DNA of 64,000 nucleotides from Bryobacterales bacterium (GCA_963422375.2 OY729427.2:256001-320000); one strand, 5' to 3'. Positions 1 to 10,701 are shown, numbered from the stretch's first letter. Numbers and translations: made by a program. The notes: generated from the letters alone by a model not told the origin.

Positions 1-306
1 GCCCAAGGCGTAGTCCTCCAAGGGGCCGTACGGGGCCTCGGGCCCCCAGTCCTCGAGGAATTCCCCGTAGGGGTAGTAGCGGCAGGGCCGCTCCGGCGTG
101 CAGCCCCAGACGACGTAGGCGTCCTCGTAGCGCGCGTCCCGGAGCAGCTCGAAGAAGCTCCGAGCCTGCTGCTCCTCGCGCCAGTTGCGGAAGAACACGT
201 AGTAGACGGCGGCCAGCACGGCCACCGCCGCGAGGGCCGCCAGCGCTACCTTGACGACCCGCTCGTACGCCGCGCCGCGCGCGGCGTACGAGCCGAGGTA
301 CTCCAT
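1..306 (-). CDS. Membrane-anchored hypothetical protein (truncated by window edge)
   Basis: Manual translation from ATG at 306: MEYLGSY...VALAALAAVAVLAAVYYVFFRNWREEQQARSFFELLRDARYEDAYVVWGCTPERPCRYYPYGEFLEDWG; one TM helix, GC-rich third positions, co-oriented with skp. Confidence 0.75.
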   Translation of the reverse strand, partial: MEYLGSYAARGAAYERVVKVALAALAAVAVLAAVYYVFFRNWREEQQARSFFELLRDARYEDAYVVWGCTPERPCRYYPYGEFLEDWGPEAPYGPLEDYALG

Positions 307-331
307 GCTGCGGCTTTACGGCGCGAACGGC

Positions 332-838
332 CTAGTTCGCCGGGTGCCTGGTGTCGTAGGCCTGGGTCGCCTCGGCCGTGAGATCGATCAGGGCGTTGTG
401 CGCGAGCACGCCCCCGGCGTCGACGATCAGATCGATCTGCTTCTCCATGCGCAGCTCGCGGACGACGTCGCGCATCCGCTCGCTGGCGGACGCCAGGATG
501 TTCTGCCGGTCGAAGTCTACGTCCGACTGCAGGTCCTCGCTCAGGCGCTGGGCAGTGCGCTGCTTGCGCTGCCCCTCGGCCTGGAGCCGCACGGCCTCGG
601 CGCCCTGGGCGGTCTGCAGCTTGTTCTGGATCTCCTGCAGCTCGGCCGAGAGAGCTCCGATCTCTTCCTGCCTTCCCGAGTACTTGGACTCGAGGGCGGC
701 CGACTCCTTCTGCATGTCGGCGGTGTTCAGCAGGGCGTTCTGAAAGTCGATCACCGCGATCTTGGTCTGGGCGGCCAAGTCGGCCGGCACGGCGCACGGC
801 AGCACCGCCAGGGCAAGCGTCCAAAGGGGCAACTTCAT
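332..838 (-). CDS. skp: OmpH/Skp periplasmic chaperone
   Basis: Signal peptide MKLPLWTLALAVL, KIAVIDFQ start, long coiled coil, C-terminal DLIVD...IDLTAE; start moved to ATG 838. Confidence 0.85.
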   Translation of the reverse strand: MKLPLWTLALAVLPCAVPADLAAQTKIAVIDFQNALLNTADMQKESAALESKYSGRQEEIGALSAELQEIQNKLQTAQGAEAVRLQAEGQRKQRTAQRLSEDLQSDVDFDRQNILASASERMRDVVRELRMEKQIDLIVDAGGVLAHNALIDLTAEATQAYDTRHPAN

Positions 839-939
839 CGGATCGGATCCTCTTCTCACTGTTCCGCTTTCGCCTTCTCCCATTCTGCCACGCCGGGCCA
901 GCCCGCGGCCGGGCGCAACGGCCAAGCCCGCCGGGGCGG

Positions 940-2244
940 CTACGGGGGGAAGAACTGCCTCGCGATATCGTTGTACATCACGATGCCGAACAGAATCACG
1001 ATAAACGCCAGGCCTACCTGGGTAATCCGGTGCTTGACCTCGAGGCTGACGTCCCGGCGGAGCAGGGATTCCACGAGCAGCAGGACGATCTGCCCGCCAT
1101 CCAGCACCGGCACCGGCAGAAGGTTGAGCACCGCCAAGTTCACGCTGATGAGGGCCATCAGGTAGATCAGGTCGGCGGTCCCGCGCGCGGCGGCATCCTG
1201 GGTGTGCTGGTAGATCCCGACCGGGCCCTCCAGCGCCTCCACCGACACGTTGCCGACGACCAGCGCCCTCACCGTGCGGAAGATCAGGCCCGTGAACGCG
1301 ACGTTGTCGGTGAGCGAGCGGGCGACAGCCGGCACGAGCGCCAGGCGCGCTTGCGTGCGCTCGTGCCGCGCCAGCAGGCGCACGCCCACCTGCCAGGCGC
1401 CTCCGTCCGCGCTGCGCGCCGCGCGCGCCTCGAGCGTCTCGGGCGTGCCGCCGCGATCAACCTCGATGGCCAGCGCGCGTCCTGCGGACGAGCCGATCAA
1501 GTCGATCGCTTGGCGGACGGCCACGACGCGCACGCCGTCGACGCTGACGAGCTCGTCGCCCTGGCGCAGCCCGGCGGACTCCGCCGGGGAGCCCGGCAGG
1601 ACGCTCCCGAGCGCCACCGCGTGCGCGGAGAACCAGCCCGGGTCACCTAGGTCGCGGAGCGAATCGTCGCCGGGAATCTCGATGCGCAGCAGGCGCTCGG
1701 AGCCGTCGCGTTCCACGGCGAGATCCACCTCGCGCCCCGACGCGATGGCCGACTCGAGCAGCAACTCCTGCCAGGTGGCGGTGGGCGCCCCGTCGATCGA
1801 GCGGACGATGTCGCCGGCCAGGACGCCGGCCACGGCGGCCGGCGACCCGACCGCCACGTAGTCGACCCGCGGCTCGAGGTCCAGGTACAGCGTCTTCTCG
1901 TAGCGGAGCATGTACAGCCCCGTCAGCAGGACGACCGCCAGCAGGAAGTTGAAGGCCGGGCCCATCCCGACTACGATCAGGCGCTGCCAGCGCGGCTTGG
2001 AGACCAGATCGCCCGGATCGGCCTTCGTCCCCTCGGCCGCGAACTGGCCGGCCATCTTCACGTAGCCGCCGAGCGGCAGCAGGCAGATCTTGAAGTCGGT
2101 GCCCTTGCGCTTGAAGCCCATCAGGCGCGGACCGAGGCCGATCGAGAAGCTCTCCACCGTCACGCCGAAGTAGCGCGCCGCGAGGTAGTGCCCGAGCTCG
2201 TGGAAGAGCACGAGGGCGCTCAGGACGAGGATGAAGTTGACCAT
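940..2244 (-). CDS. rseP: RIP metalloprotease RseP (M50, two PDZ domains)
   Basis: HELGH, GGYVKM, NLLPVPVLDGG motifs; directly downstream of dxr. Confidence 0.95.
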   Translation of the reverse strand: MVNFILVLSALVLFHELGHYLAARYFGVTVESFSIGLGPRLMGFKRKGTDFKICLLPLGGYVKMAGQFAAEGTKADPGDLVSKPRWQRLIVVGMGPAFNFLLAVVLLTGLYMLRYEKTLYLDLEPRVDYVAVGSPAAVAGVLAGDIVRSIDGAPTATWQELLLESAIASGREVDLAVERDGSERLLRIEIPGDDSLRDLGDPGWFSAHAVALGSVLPGSPAESAGLRQGDELVSVDGVRVVAVRQAIDLIGSSAGRALAIEVDRGGTPETLEARAARSADGGAWQVGVRLLARHERTQARLALVPAVARSLTDNVAFTGLIFRTVRALVVGNVSVEALEGPVGIYQHTQDAAARGTADLIYLMALISVNLAVLNLLPVPVLDGGQIVLLLVESLLRRDVSLEVKHRITQVGLAFIVILFGIVMYNDIARQFFPP

Positions 2245-2259
2245 CCGGGCTCTCCCGCG

Positions 2260-3465
2260 TCAAGCCGCCGGAGCCGGCCGGCAGGCAGCCCCCGGCATGC
2301 CGGCAGAGCGACGCTCGACGAAACCCCGCGCGATCGCGCGGGCCTCCCGGTCGCATTCCAAGACGTCCCCGATGGAGGAGCCGGAATGCACCCGAACGGC
2401 CGCCAAAGAGTCCTTCACGACGGCCGCGATGGCAGGGAACGAGATGCGCCGCCCCAGGAACGCCTCCACCGCAACTTCGTCCGCCGCGTTCAGCACGCAG
2501 CCCGCCAGCCCGCCCGCTCCGGCGGCTTGGTACGCCAAGTCCAACAACGGGAACTTGCGCCGGTCGGGCGGCTCAAAGTCCAATTGTGCCACACGCGACC
2601 AGTCCATGCGCCGCCGGGGGCTCGCCTCGCGCCGGGGGTGCGCCAAGGCGTACCGAATCGGGAGCTTCATGTCCGGGGGGCTGAGCTGGGCCATCACCGA
2701 GCCGTCACGGTACTCGACCATCGCGTGGACCACGGACTGCGGATGCACCACCACGTCGACGCGGGCCGGCGGCAGGTCGAACAGGCGGCACGCCTCGATG
2801 ACCTCGAAGCCCTTGTTCATCAGCGTGGCGGAGTCGATCGTGATGCGGCTGCCCATGCGCCAGGTCGGGTGCCGCAGCGCGAGCTCGGGAGTGACCCGCT
2901 CCAGATCGGCGGCCGGGGTCCGGCGAAACGGGCCGCCGGAAGCGGTCAGGACCACGCGCTCGACCTCGTCGGCCCGGCCGGCCCGCAGGCACTGATGGAC
3001 CGCGTTGTGCTCGCTGTCGACCGGGAGCACCTCCGCACCGGACTCGCGGGCGGCCGCCATCACCGCCTCGCCCGCCGCGACCAGCACCTCCTTGTTAGCC
3101 AGCGCCACGCGGCCGCCCCGCCGCACGGCCTCGTAGGTCGCTTCCAGCCCGACGACGCCCACCGCCGCGGACACCAGCACGTCGCATCCCGACTGCGTCG
3201 CGACGGCTAGGACGCCCTCGCGGCCGCAGAGGCAGCGCGGAGCGTACCCGGGCATGTCGCCGAGGCGCTCGCGCAACCGCGCCAGGGCGTCGCCGTCGGC
3301 TACCGACAGCAGCGACGGGCGGAATTCGAGCGCCTGCCGGGCCAGTTCGTCCGCGTTGCGCCCGGCCGCGAGCGCCGCGACCCGCACCGGCGCTTCCATC
3401 TCGCGCACAACCTGCAGCGTGTTCCGGCCGATCGAGCCAGTGGATCCGAGCAGCGCGATCCGCAT
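2260..3465 (-). CDS. dxr: 1-deoxy-D-xylulose-5-phosphate reductoisomerase
   Basis: LGSTGSIG, LANKE, PVDSEH, TASGGPF, HPTWRMG, DSATLMNKGFEVIEA. Confidence 0.97.
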   Translation of the reverse strand: MRIALLGSTGSIGRNTLQVVREMEAPVRVAALAAGRNADELARQALEFRPSLLSVADGDALARLRERLGDMPGYAPRCLCGREGVLAVATQSGCDVLVSAAVGVVGLEATYEAVRRGGRVALANKEVLVAAGEAVMAAARESGAEVLPVDSEHNAVHQCLRAGRADEVERVVLTASGGPFRRTPAADLERVTPELALRHPTWRMGSRITIDSATLMNKGFEVIEACRLFDLPPARVDVVVHPQSVVHAMVEYRDGSVMAQLSPPDMKLPIRYALAHPRREASPRRRMDWSRVAQLDFEPPDRRKFPLLDLAYQAAGAGGLAGCVLNAADEVAVEAFLGRRISFPAIAAVVKDSLAAVRVHSGSSIGDVLECDREARAIARGFVERRSAGMPGAACRPAPAA

Positions 3466-3506
3466 CGCGACCTCAGGCCCCCCGCCGGACCGGGGAGCGG
3501 TGCGGC

Positions 3507-4100
3507 CTAGCCGGGATCATGGCAGAGGTCGCAGTCGTTCGGAGCGCTGTTCCGGGCATGGCAATCCATGCAGGCCGCCATGGTGGTGGGCTTCTCCTGG
3601 AACAGGACCTCGCGCTGCGCGACCGGGCCGTGGCAGGTCTCGCACTCCACCGAGGCGTCGTCGACATGCGAGGCGTGCGAGAACCACACGAAGTCAGGCA
3701 CGCGGTAGACCCGCTTCCAGGGGACTGCGGAGCCGTCGGCGCTGAACCTGGCCAAGGCCTGGATGTGCGGGCTGTCCGTCTTGATCGCGGCGTGACAGGC
3801 CATGCACTTGGACTCCGCGGGATACCCGGCCAGGAAGCCCGGCTCGGCGATCTCGTGGCAGTCACGGCACTGCAAGCCGAGCGCGACGTGCGTCTTGTGG
3901 CTGTAGGGCAGAGGCTGCTCGACGGGAGCCGGCGGCGGGGGTTGCGTCTCGGCCCTGGCGACCGGCCCCTGCACAGAGCACCACGCGACGAACGCGACGA
4001 CGGGCAGGGCCGCCGCCCAAGCCCGGGCCGGACGCCAGGACGACGCCGCTCGCGCCGCCGCAAGCATACGCGCGAGCCTCCGCGCCTGCTCTCGCTCCAT
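3507..4100 (-). CDS. Pentaheme cytochrome c3-family protein (ActA-like)
   Basis: Five CxxCH (CRDCH, CMACH, CETCH, CMDCH, CDLCH), EQPLPYSHKTH and WKRVYRVPDFVWFSHASH; N-terminal hydrophobic segment; ATG at 4100 shares one base with upstream TGA. Confidence 0.85.
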   Translation of the reverse strand: MEREQARRLARMLAAARAASSWRPARAWAAALPVVAFVAWCSVQGPVARAETQPPPPAPVEQPLPYSHKTHVALGLQCRDCHEIAEPGFLAGYPAESKCMACHAAIKTDSPHIQALARFSADGSAVPWKRVYRVPDFVWFSHASHVDDASVECETCHGPVAQREVLFQEKPTTMAACMDCHARNSAPNDCDLCHDPG

Positions 4101-5158
4101 CACACGTCCCTGACGCAGCGGAAGCCTAGGTTCGAGGTCGAGCTGTCCGGAGTGTTGGAGGTCCGGGCCGCGACGCGATAGCGGTTGCAGTAGGACGCGT
4201 GGCAGAGGAACGAGCCGCCGCGCATGACGCGGGCGGCGCCGGTCGCCGGGCCCACCGGATTCGCCCGGGTCGCCGTGACGTGGTAGTCCGGGTGGAACCA
4301 ATCCGCGCACCACTCCCAGACGTTGCCGGTGATCGAGTAGATCCCGTAGCCGTTCGGCGGGAACGCGTCGACCGGGCAGGGCCCCCGGTAGCCGTCCGCG
4401 CCGGTGTCGTGCCGGGGAAAGCGGCCCTGCCAGATGTTGCACAGATGCCGGCCGCCCGGCTCGAGCTCCTGGCCCCAAGGATAGGTCTGCTGCTCCAGCC
4501 CGCCACGGGCGGCGAACTCCCACTCCGCCTCGGTAGGGAGCCTCTTGCCCGCCCAGCGGCAGTACGCCAAGGCGTCGGCATGGGAGACGTGCGTGACGGG
4601 GTGGTCGGGCCGGCCGGCCGCGCCGGACTGCGGCCCTTCCGGGTGGCGCCAGTCGGCGCCCTGCACCTTGCACCACCACTCGTGGCCGGCCACGGTGTCC
4701 TTCACGAGGGCCCGGTAGCGCTCCCGCGGCAGCTGCGCGTGGAAGACGAACGACCAGCCGAAGCGCTCCGCTTCGGTGACGTAGCGCGTGGACCGGACGA
4801 ACCGGGCGAACGACTCGACGGTGACCGGGCTCGCGTCGATGTAGAAGGGGTTCACGAAGACGTCCCGGACGGGGCCCTCGCCGTCCGCCGGGAAGCCCAG
4901 GTCGGTCTCGGTACCCATGAGGAAGCTGCCGCCTTCGAGCTTTCGCATGCCCTCCGCCGCGCCGACCCGCGCCGTCGGCCGCCGCGCCGAAAGCGCCTCG
5001 GACTCGGCTAGGCGCACGGCCCGCTCGACGCTCGGCACGCAGCAGGGGCTGGGACCGGACGCGCGCAGCGGCAGCGATATCGCTGCCGACGGCGCCTGCG
5101 GCGAGCCGGCGCCGGTCCTGCCTGGGCTTTGGGGCACCGGTTTCGCCGATTCTATCAC
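4100..5158 (-). CDS. Formylglycine-generating enzyme (SUMF1/FGE-sulfatase family)
   Basis: [37 protein letters not shown] with both catalytic Cys, NLGFRC; true start probably slightly downstream of 5158. Confidence 0.92.
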   Translation of the reverse strand: MIESAKPVPQSPGRTGAGSPQAPSAAISLPLRASGPSPCCVPSVERAVRLAESEALSARRPTARVGAAEGMRKLEGGSFLMGTETDLGFPADGEGPVRDVFVNPFYIDASPVTVESFARFVRSTRYVTEAERFGWSFVFHAQLPRERYRALVKDTVAGHEWWCKVQGADWRHPEGPQSGAAGRPDHPVTHVSHADALAYCRWAGKRLPTEAEWEFAARGGLEQQTYPWGQELEPGGRHLCNIWQGRFPRHDTGADGYRGPCPVDAFPPNGYGIYSITGNVWEWCADWFHPDYHVTATRANPVGPATGAARVMRGGSFLCHASYCNRYRVAARTSNTPDSSTSNLGFRCVRDV

Positions 5159-5180
5159 GGGATCTCCGGGCCCGGACGCG

Positions 5181-6074
5181 TCACGCCGTGGCCGCGGCCC
5201 CGCCGGCGGTGTCGTGGATGGCGGCCGATTCCTTGAGACGGTCGACGTAGTTCTCCAGCAGCTTGGTGCGGCGCTGCTCGAGCAGCTCCGCGCGGATTTG
5301 GTCGCGCACCTCGCCGAAGGGACGCGTGCCGGCCGGGCGATGGTCCAGCACCTTCGCGATGTGGAATCCGAAGACCGTCCGGAAGACCTCGCTGGTCTCG
5401 CCCGGGCGCAGGGAGAAGACCGCGTCCTCGAACTCCGGGACCATCTTGCCCCGCTCGAAATAGCCGAGGTCGCCGCCGTTGCCGGGGCAGTCCGACTGCT
5501 CGTCGGCGACCCGCTCGAAGGCAGCGCCTGCTTGCAGCCTGGCGTACAGCTCGTCCGCCGCCCGCTTGGCGTCGGCCTCCCCGACCCCCTTCTCGACGTG
5601 CTTGACGATATGCGCGGCGCGCACGGACTCCTCCGTGCGGTAGCGGCTCTTGTTGCGCCGGTAGTAGTCCGCCAGTTCCTTGGGCCGCGGCGGCTTCGCC
5701 TTGGAGCCGACCGCGGCGATCAGGCGCTCGACCTTTAGCTGCGCTTCGACGCCGGATCGGATCCGCGCCTCGTCAAGACCGGCTTCGGCCAGCTTCTCGG
5801 GGCCCCCGTAGCGCTGGACCGCCTGCCGGACGCTCTTCTCGACCGCCCCCGCGTCGACGGGGGCGGTGTCCGTCAGAGCCTTCTGGCGCAGCAGGACCTG
5901 CTCGATGACGTTCTCCCGGGCCCACTCGACGGCAGTCTTCTCCAGCGTACCCGGTCCAAGGCCGTAGGCTTGCTTCTGCTCGTCCGCGAGCCGTTCAAAC
6001 CGCAAGCGCAGGGCCTCGGCCTCGCGCGCGAGCAGCGCGCTTTCGACGGCTTCCCCGTTGACCGTCAGGGCCAT
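5181..6074 (-). CDS. PpiC-type (parvulin) peptidyl-prolyl isomerase, SurA/PrsA-like
   Basis: [43 protein letters not shown]; start MALTVNG at 6074. Confidence 0.9.
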   Translation of the reverse strand: MALTVNGEAVESALLAREAEALRLRFERLADEQKQAYGLGPGTLEKTAVEWARENVIEQVLLRQKALTDTAPVDAGAVEKSVRQAVQRYGGPEKLAEAGLDEARIRSGVEAQLKVERLIAAVGSKAKPPRPKELADYYRRNKSRYRTEESVRAAHIVKHVEKGVGEADAKRAADELYARLQAGAAFERVADEQSDCPGNGGDLGYFERGKMVPEFEDAVFSLRPGETSEVFRTVFGFHIAKVLDHRPAGTRPFGEVRDQIRAELLEQRRTKLLENYVDRLKESAAIHDTAGGAAATA

Positions 6075-6205
6075 CGCTGCAATTCTAGCGCGCACCGGAG
6101 CGCGCGAGGCGCCGGACCGGGAGGGCGCGCCCGCGCCTGTGGCAAGATTGGACCGTGCGACGGTCGCCCGGGAGACCGGGGCGAGCCGCGACGCGGGAGC
6201 TGCAA

Positions 6206-6934
6206 GTGGCCGTCGAGGCTCGAACGATCCAATGCTCCGACGGGGATGCAACGCTCGTCGGAGAGCTGTTCTGGGCTCCGTCCGCCAAGGCGCCGGCTCC
6301 CGGCGTGCTGGTCGTGCATACGTGGGGAGGCTGCGGCGCCTTCGAGCGCGCCAAGGCACGCGACCTGGCGGGCGCGGGCTACGTCGCGGTCGCCGTGGAT
6401 CTGTACGGCGACGGCAGGGTCGGCAGCGGCCCGGAGGAAAACGCGGCGCTCATGGCGCCGCTGCTCGAGGACCGCTCGCTGCTGCAGCGCCGCATGCGTC
6501 GCTGGCTCGAGACGCTGCAAGCCGCGGAGCGGGTCGACCGCGACCGCACGGCGGCCATCGGGTTCTGCTTCGGCGGACTGTGCGTGCTCGACCTGGCCCG
6601 GACCGGGGCGGAGACGCGCGCCGTGGTCAGCTTCCACGGCCTGCTGCAGCCTCCGGGCAATTGCGACCCGGGCCCGATTCGGGCCAAGGTCCTCGTGCTG
6701 CACGGCTGGGACGACCCCATGGCGACGCCGCCCGCCGTCGAAGCGCTGGCGGCCGAGCTGACGGCCGCGGGGGCCGACTGGCAGATCCACGCGTACGGAG
6801 GCACGATGCATGCCTTCACCAACCCGGCCGCCCGCAACCCGGCGGCGGGGACGGTGTACGACGCACGGGCGGACAGTCGCTCCCGGCGCGCGATGGCGGA
6901 CTTCCTCGCCGAAGCTTTCGGGGAAGCGCCGTAG
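6206..6934 (+). CDS. Dienelactone hydrolase family protein
   Basis: IGFCFGG nucleophile elbow, HGWDDP, YGGTMHAFT; GTG start at 6206 after GGGAG. Confidence 0.9.
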   Translation: MAVEARTIQCSDGDATLVGELFWAPSAKAPAPGVLVVHTWGGCGAFERAKARDLAGAGYVAVAVDLYGDGRVGSGPEENAALMAPLLEDRSLLQRRMRRWLETLQAAERVDRDRTAAIGFCFGGLCVLDLARTGAETRAVVSFHGLLQPPGNCDPGPIRAKVLVLHGWDDPMATPPAVEALAAELTAAGADWQIHAYGGTMHAFTNPAARNPAAGTVYDARADSRSRRAMADFLAEAFGEAP

Positions 6935-6949
6935 GCGGCCGGCGGGCTC

Positions 6950-8398
6950 CTACCTCCGCGAGACCAGCGGGTCGCGCGGATCCCAGTGCGCCTTGTACAG
7001 CAGGCCGCGCCTCTCCCGGGCCTTGGCCGGATCGTAGCGGGGATTGCTCTCGGGCATGGCGGCGCGCACCGCCTCCCTCCATGCCCTCAGTCCGTCCAGC
7101 AGTTCCCGGGCGCGCCCCGGCCGGGACGGCGCGAGATCCGCGGACTCGGAGGGATCCTCGGCCAAGTCGTAGAGTTCGACGCGGCCGTCCTCAAAGAACT
7201 CCAGCAGCTTCCAGCGGCCCTTGCGGATCGCCCCGGCGGGGGTCGAGCCGGCGTTGGAGTAGTGCGGGTAGTGCCAGTAGAGGGCCTCGCGATCCACGGA
7301 GCCTTCCCCGCGCAGCAGCGGGACCAGACTGGACCCGTCCACGGCGGGCACGGAGGCGAGCGGGATCCCCGCCATCGCGAGAATGGTGGGATAGAAGTCG
7401 ACGCTGCTGACGGGCGCGGTCTCGACCGACCCGGGCGCGACGGTGCCGGGCCAGCGGACGATCAGGGGCTCGCGGATCCCGCCTTCCCACAGGTAGCCCT
7501 TGCCGGAACGGAACCCGCCGTTGAACGCCCGCCGGGCCACGCCGCCGTTGTCGGAGAAGAAGAAGACCGCGGTGCTGTCGGCGAGTCCGTGGCGCTCGAG
7601 GCGCGCCAGCACGCGCCCGACGGACTGGTCCACGCCTTCCACCATCGCGGCGTAGACGGCGTTGCCGCGCGCGGAGGGATCCCGGCGCCCCTCGTAGGAT
7701 GCGACCAGGGCAGGCTTCGCCTCGATCGGCCCGTGGACCGAGTAGTAGGACAGGTAAAGGAAGAACGGGCGCTCGCGATTGCGCTCGATGAACTCCTCGG
7801 CCGCGCGGGTCAGCCCGTCCGTCAGGTAGTCCCCGTCCTTTGCGCCGGGGACCTTGATGAGCGTGTGCGGGGCGAACATGCGCCTATGCGAGCCCCAGTG
7901 ACCGGACGCGAAGCTCTCTCCGAAACCGCGGCGCTCGGGCGCGTAGTCCCCCGCCCCGAGGTGCCACTTGCCGATGCAGGCGGTCGCGTAGCCGACCCGG
8001 GCAAGAGGGTCCGCCAGGACCGTCTCGCTCAAGGGCAGCCCCAGAGGCAGGTCCACCTGGCGCAGTTTGGCGCGGGGCAGGACGTTGCCGGGCAGGTACT
8101 GCGTGAGACCCGTGCGGGCGGGCCAGCGGCCGGTCAGTATGCTCCCGCGCGTGGGAGAGCAGTTCGGGGCCGCGGCGTACGCGTCCGTGAATCGGACCCC
8201 CTCCCTAGCGAGGCGGTCGATGTGCGGCGTCCGGTGATAGACGTTGCCGTAGGCGCCGACATCCGCGTAGCCCATGTCGTCCAGCAGGAAGAAGACGACG
8301 TTCGGCGGACCGCTTCGCGGAGTCGGATCCTGCGCTCCCGCGGGCATTGCCCAAGCGGCCAGAAGGGCCGCTGCCAAGAGCCGAAGAGTCGCGAGCAT
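6950..8398 (-). CDS. Secreted Cys-type sulfatase (S1, arylsulfatase-like)
   Basis: LLDDMGY, NCSPTRGSILTG, GKWHLG, SDNGG, EGGIREP; signal peptide from ATG 8398. Confidence 0.93.
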   Translation of the reverse strand: MLATLRLLAAALLAAWAMPAGAQDPTPRSGPPNVVFFLLDDMGYADVGAYGNVYHRTPHIDRLAREGVRFTDAYAAAPNCSPTRGSILTGRWPARTGLTQYLPGNVLPRAKLRQVDLPLGLPLSETVLADPLARVGYATACIGKWHLGAGDYAPERRGFGESFASGHWGSHRRMFAPHTLIKVPGAKDGDYLTDGLTRAAEEFIERNRERPFFLYLSYYSVHGPIEAKPALVASYEGRRDPSARGNAVYAAMVEGVDQSVGRVLARLERHGLADSTAVFFFSDNGGVARRAFNGGFRSGKGYLWEGGIREPLIVRWPGTVAPGSVETAPVSSVDFYPTILAMAGIPLASVPAVDGSSLVPLLRGEGSVDREALYWHYPHYSNAGSTPAGAIRKGRWKLLEFFEDGRVELYDLAEDPSESADLAPSRPGRARELLDGLRAWREAVRAAMPESNPRYDPAKARERRGLLYKAHWDPRDPLVSRR

Positions 8399-8505
8399 CG
8401 GCCCACTGTAGCAACCGCCATGTCGCGGCCCGCGCCCGTCTCGAGGAGACGGCGAGGTGAAGCGCGGCCTCGCACTCGCGTGCCTCAGGGCCGGCGAAGC
8501 CTGCG

Positions 8506-9644
8506 TCATCCCGGACCGGGAAGCGCGGCCGGGCCGAGGACGGTCAGGATCCGGCCGCCGCGACGGACGCCGTGGGGCTCCTTCACGCCCGGTCTCGCGA
8601 CGTAGTTCTCGCCCGCGGGCCGGTGCCCGCAGAAGGCATTGATCCCGGACGCGTCGTCAGCGTTCGGATCGACCTTGCATCCGACGAGGTCCACGCGCAG
8701 ACGATCCCGCCGGATGACGAAATCCAACGCGCGGCCCGACTTGTCCCGCCAATGGAATGGGGCGTCGTCAGCGAAGCGGCTGCGCAGGGAGCCCAGCACG
8801 AGATGCTCCCAGAGCAGCCCGCGGTCGTCGTCGCGAATCGAGTCCCAGCCCTTCTCGAAGGCAACGAAGCCGGCATCGAATCCGTGGCACCCGGGCCGCG
8901 CCGTGATCTCGCGTGCGCCGGCAGCGCGGTAGGGTCGCAGCGGATGCACTGCGCGGGCTTCCTGCAGAACCTCGACATCGGACCTGACGGTGGCGCGACT
9001 GAGCTCGCTGAGGCGGGCCAGCTTGCATTAGTCCACCTGTCCGCCGCTCTGGCTGAGCAGCAGGCGCAGCGAGGCCAGAAGCGCCTGCGGTGGCGAATCG
9101 CGAACGGTTCCTCCAGGTCGCGCGCGCAGAATCTGTCGATCCACTCGCTGGAGAGCCGCCAATCGCTGATCTGGGCCAGCAGGGATTCGGGCAGGCCTCG
9201 GCGAAGCAGGCGGAGGTCGAGGTCGCCCCGGCCCAACGGCTCGGCGCATTCCTCCCACAGCACCGGACGCAAGGTCACGGCTTCCTTTCTTCCCGCGCGG
9301 GAATCCCTGAATTCCCGAGTGGCCGCGAGCGTGGAGGAGCCCGCCGGCAGCGCCGTTCGGCTCGAATGCTCGTCGGCGACAATCTTGAGCGAGCGGCTCG
9401 GGTCCGGCAGGCGATGGACCTCGTCCGGCACCGTGACCGCGCCCGCGGCTTGGGAATACAGAAACAGGTCCGGGTCCTCGACCCTCCTAGCGGTCGAAGG
9501 CAGGGCGCAGTTCAGGTAGGCCGCTTCGGACAAGATGCGCGCCAGAGTGGTCTTTCCGACGCGCCGAACTCCGGACAGCCTGACGACGGGACGCCGGAGC
9601 CACGCCTGCCGCATCTTCCGGAGCCATAACGGGCGCTCGATCAC
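8506..9644 (-). pseudogene. Frameshifted AAA_14 / DUF4143-type ATP-binding protein
   Basis: Walker A GVRRVGKT and DEVH in ORF 8583..9644; C-terminal FDAGF, GLLWEHLV, HWRDKSGRALDFVI in another frame (8506..8949); degenerate motifs. Confidence 0.8.
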
Positions 9645-9906
9645 GACCGTATTGCACGGATAGTCGTCCAGGCGGGCAGTACGGTTCTCACTTGGACGGA
9701 ACCGTCGGCGGCTCGGATGGACGCCTCCGGTTCGAGTCCGCTTGGGCAGCCTCGGCGACCATCGGTCCCTGCCTGCCGAAAGCCGTCGCTAGCTCGCCTC
9801 GGCGTTCGCGGCAACGAACGGCGCTGGGACGGCATGCGATCTGACGGCTCGCCGCGACCGACCCCGTCGGGGCGAGGACCGACGAACCTCGTGTATGTTG
9901 GACTCA

Positions 9907-10701
9907 ATGGCCGAGCGGTTCGCCCCGCGACCGGTCCCGGCGCCCGGGGAACTGCGCCTCGATGCCGGCACCCTAGACGTCTGGTTCGCCCCCTTGGGGC
10001 CGCTGCAGGATCGGCCCTGGGAGGAGCTCGCTTCGCTCACCGACGCCGAAGCGCGCCGCGCCGATGGCATGGCGGCAGCCCCGCGCGGCCGGTTCGTAGC
10101 GACCCGCGCCCTGCTGCGCAAGATCCTCGCCGCGTACCTGCATGCGGACCCGAAGAGCCTTGAACTCGCCTACGGCGCACGCGGAAAGCCCCGGCTGGCC
10201 GGCGCGCACGAGCTCGCGGGACTGCATTTCAACGTGTCCCACTCCGGTCAGCACGCCCTGCTCGCCTTCGGGCAGACACCGCACGGCGTGGACCTGGAGG
10301 CGGTCCGTCCCTTGCGGGACCCCGAAGCCCTCGCGCGGCGCTTCTTCGCGCCGAGCGAGCGAGAGGCGCTGGCCGCCGTTCCGGCCGAGGCCCGCCTGCA
10401 GGCGTTCTTCGCCTGCTGGACCCGCAAGGAGGCGTACTTGAAGGCCGCCGGGACCGGGATCGCGACATCGCTCCGCAGCTTCGCCGTCCCCGTCGCGCCG
10501 GGCCCGGCGCCCGCGCTGCTAGCCGCCACCGGCCGCCCGGACGCGCGCTGGACGCTGCGCCTGTTCGAGCCGCAAGACGGCCTGGTCGGCGCACTCGCCC
10601 ACGCGGCGACGGTGCGGAAGTTTCGCTGCTGGCGCAGGATCGACCGGGCCGGCGCGCCCACGGCTCAGAGTCCCATCTCCTCGATGAACCGCGTGTCGTA
10701 G
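9907..10701 (+). CDS. Sfp-type 4'-phosphopantetheinyl transferase
   Basis: GKP, FNVSHS, GVDLE, WTRKEAYLKA motifs. Confidence 0.92.
   Translation: MAERFAPRPVPAPGELRLDAGTLDVWFAPLGPLQDRPWEELASLTDAEARRADGMAAAPRGRFVATRALLRKILAAYLHADPKSLELAYGARGKPRLAGAHELAGLHFNVSHSGQHALLAFGQTPHGVDLEAVRPLRDPEALARRFFAPSEREALAAVPAEARLQAFFACWTRKEAYLKAAGTGIATSLRSFAVPVAPGPAPALLAATGRPDARWTLRLFEPQDGLVGALAHAATVRKFRCWRRIDRAGAPTAQSPISSMNRVS

Noticed and set aside
9720..9750. GGTTCGAGTCC, similar to a tRNA T-loop
   Set aside because: Only a 3-bp T-stem; no acceptor, D or anticodon arms can be folded
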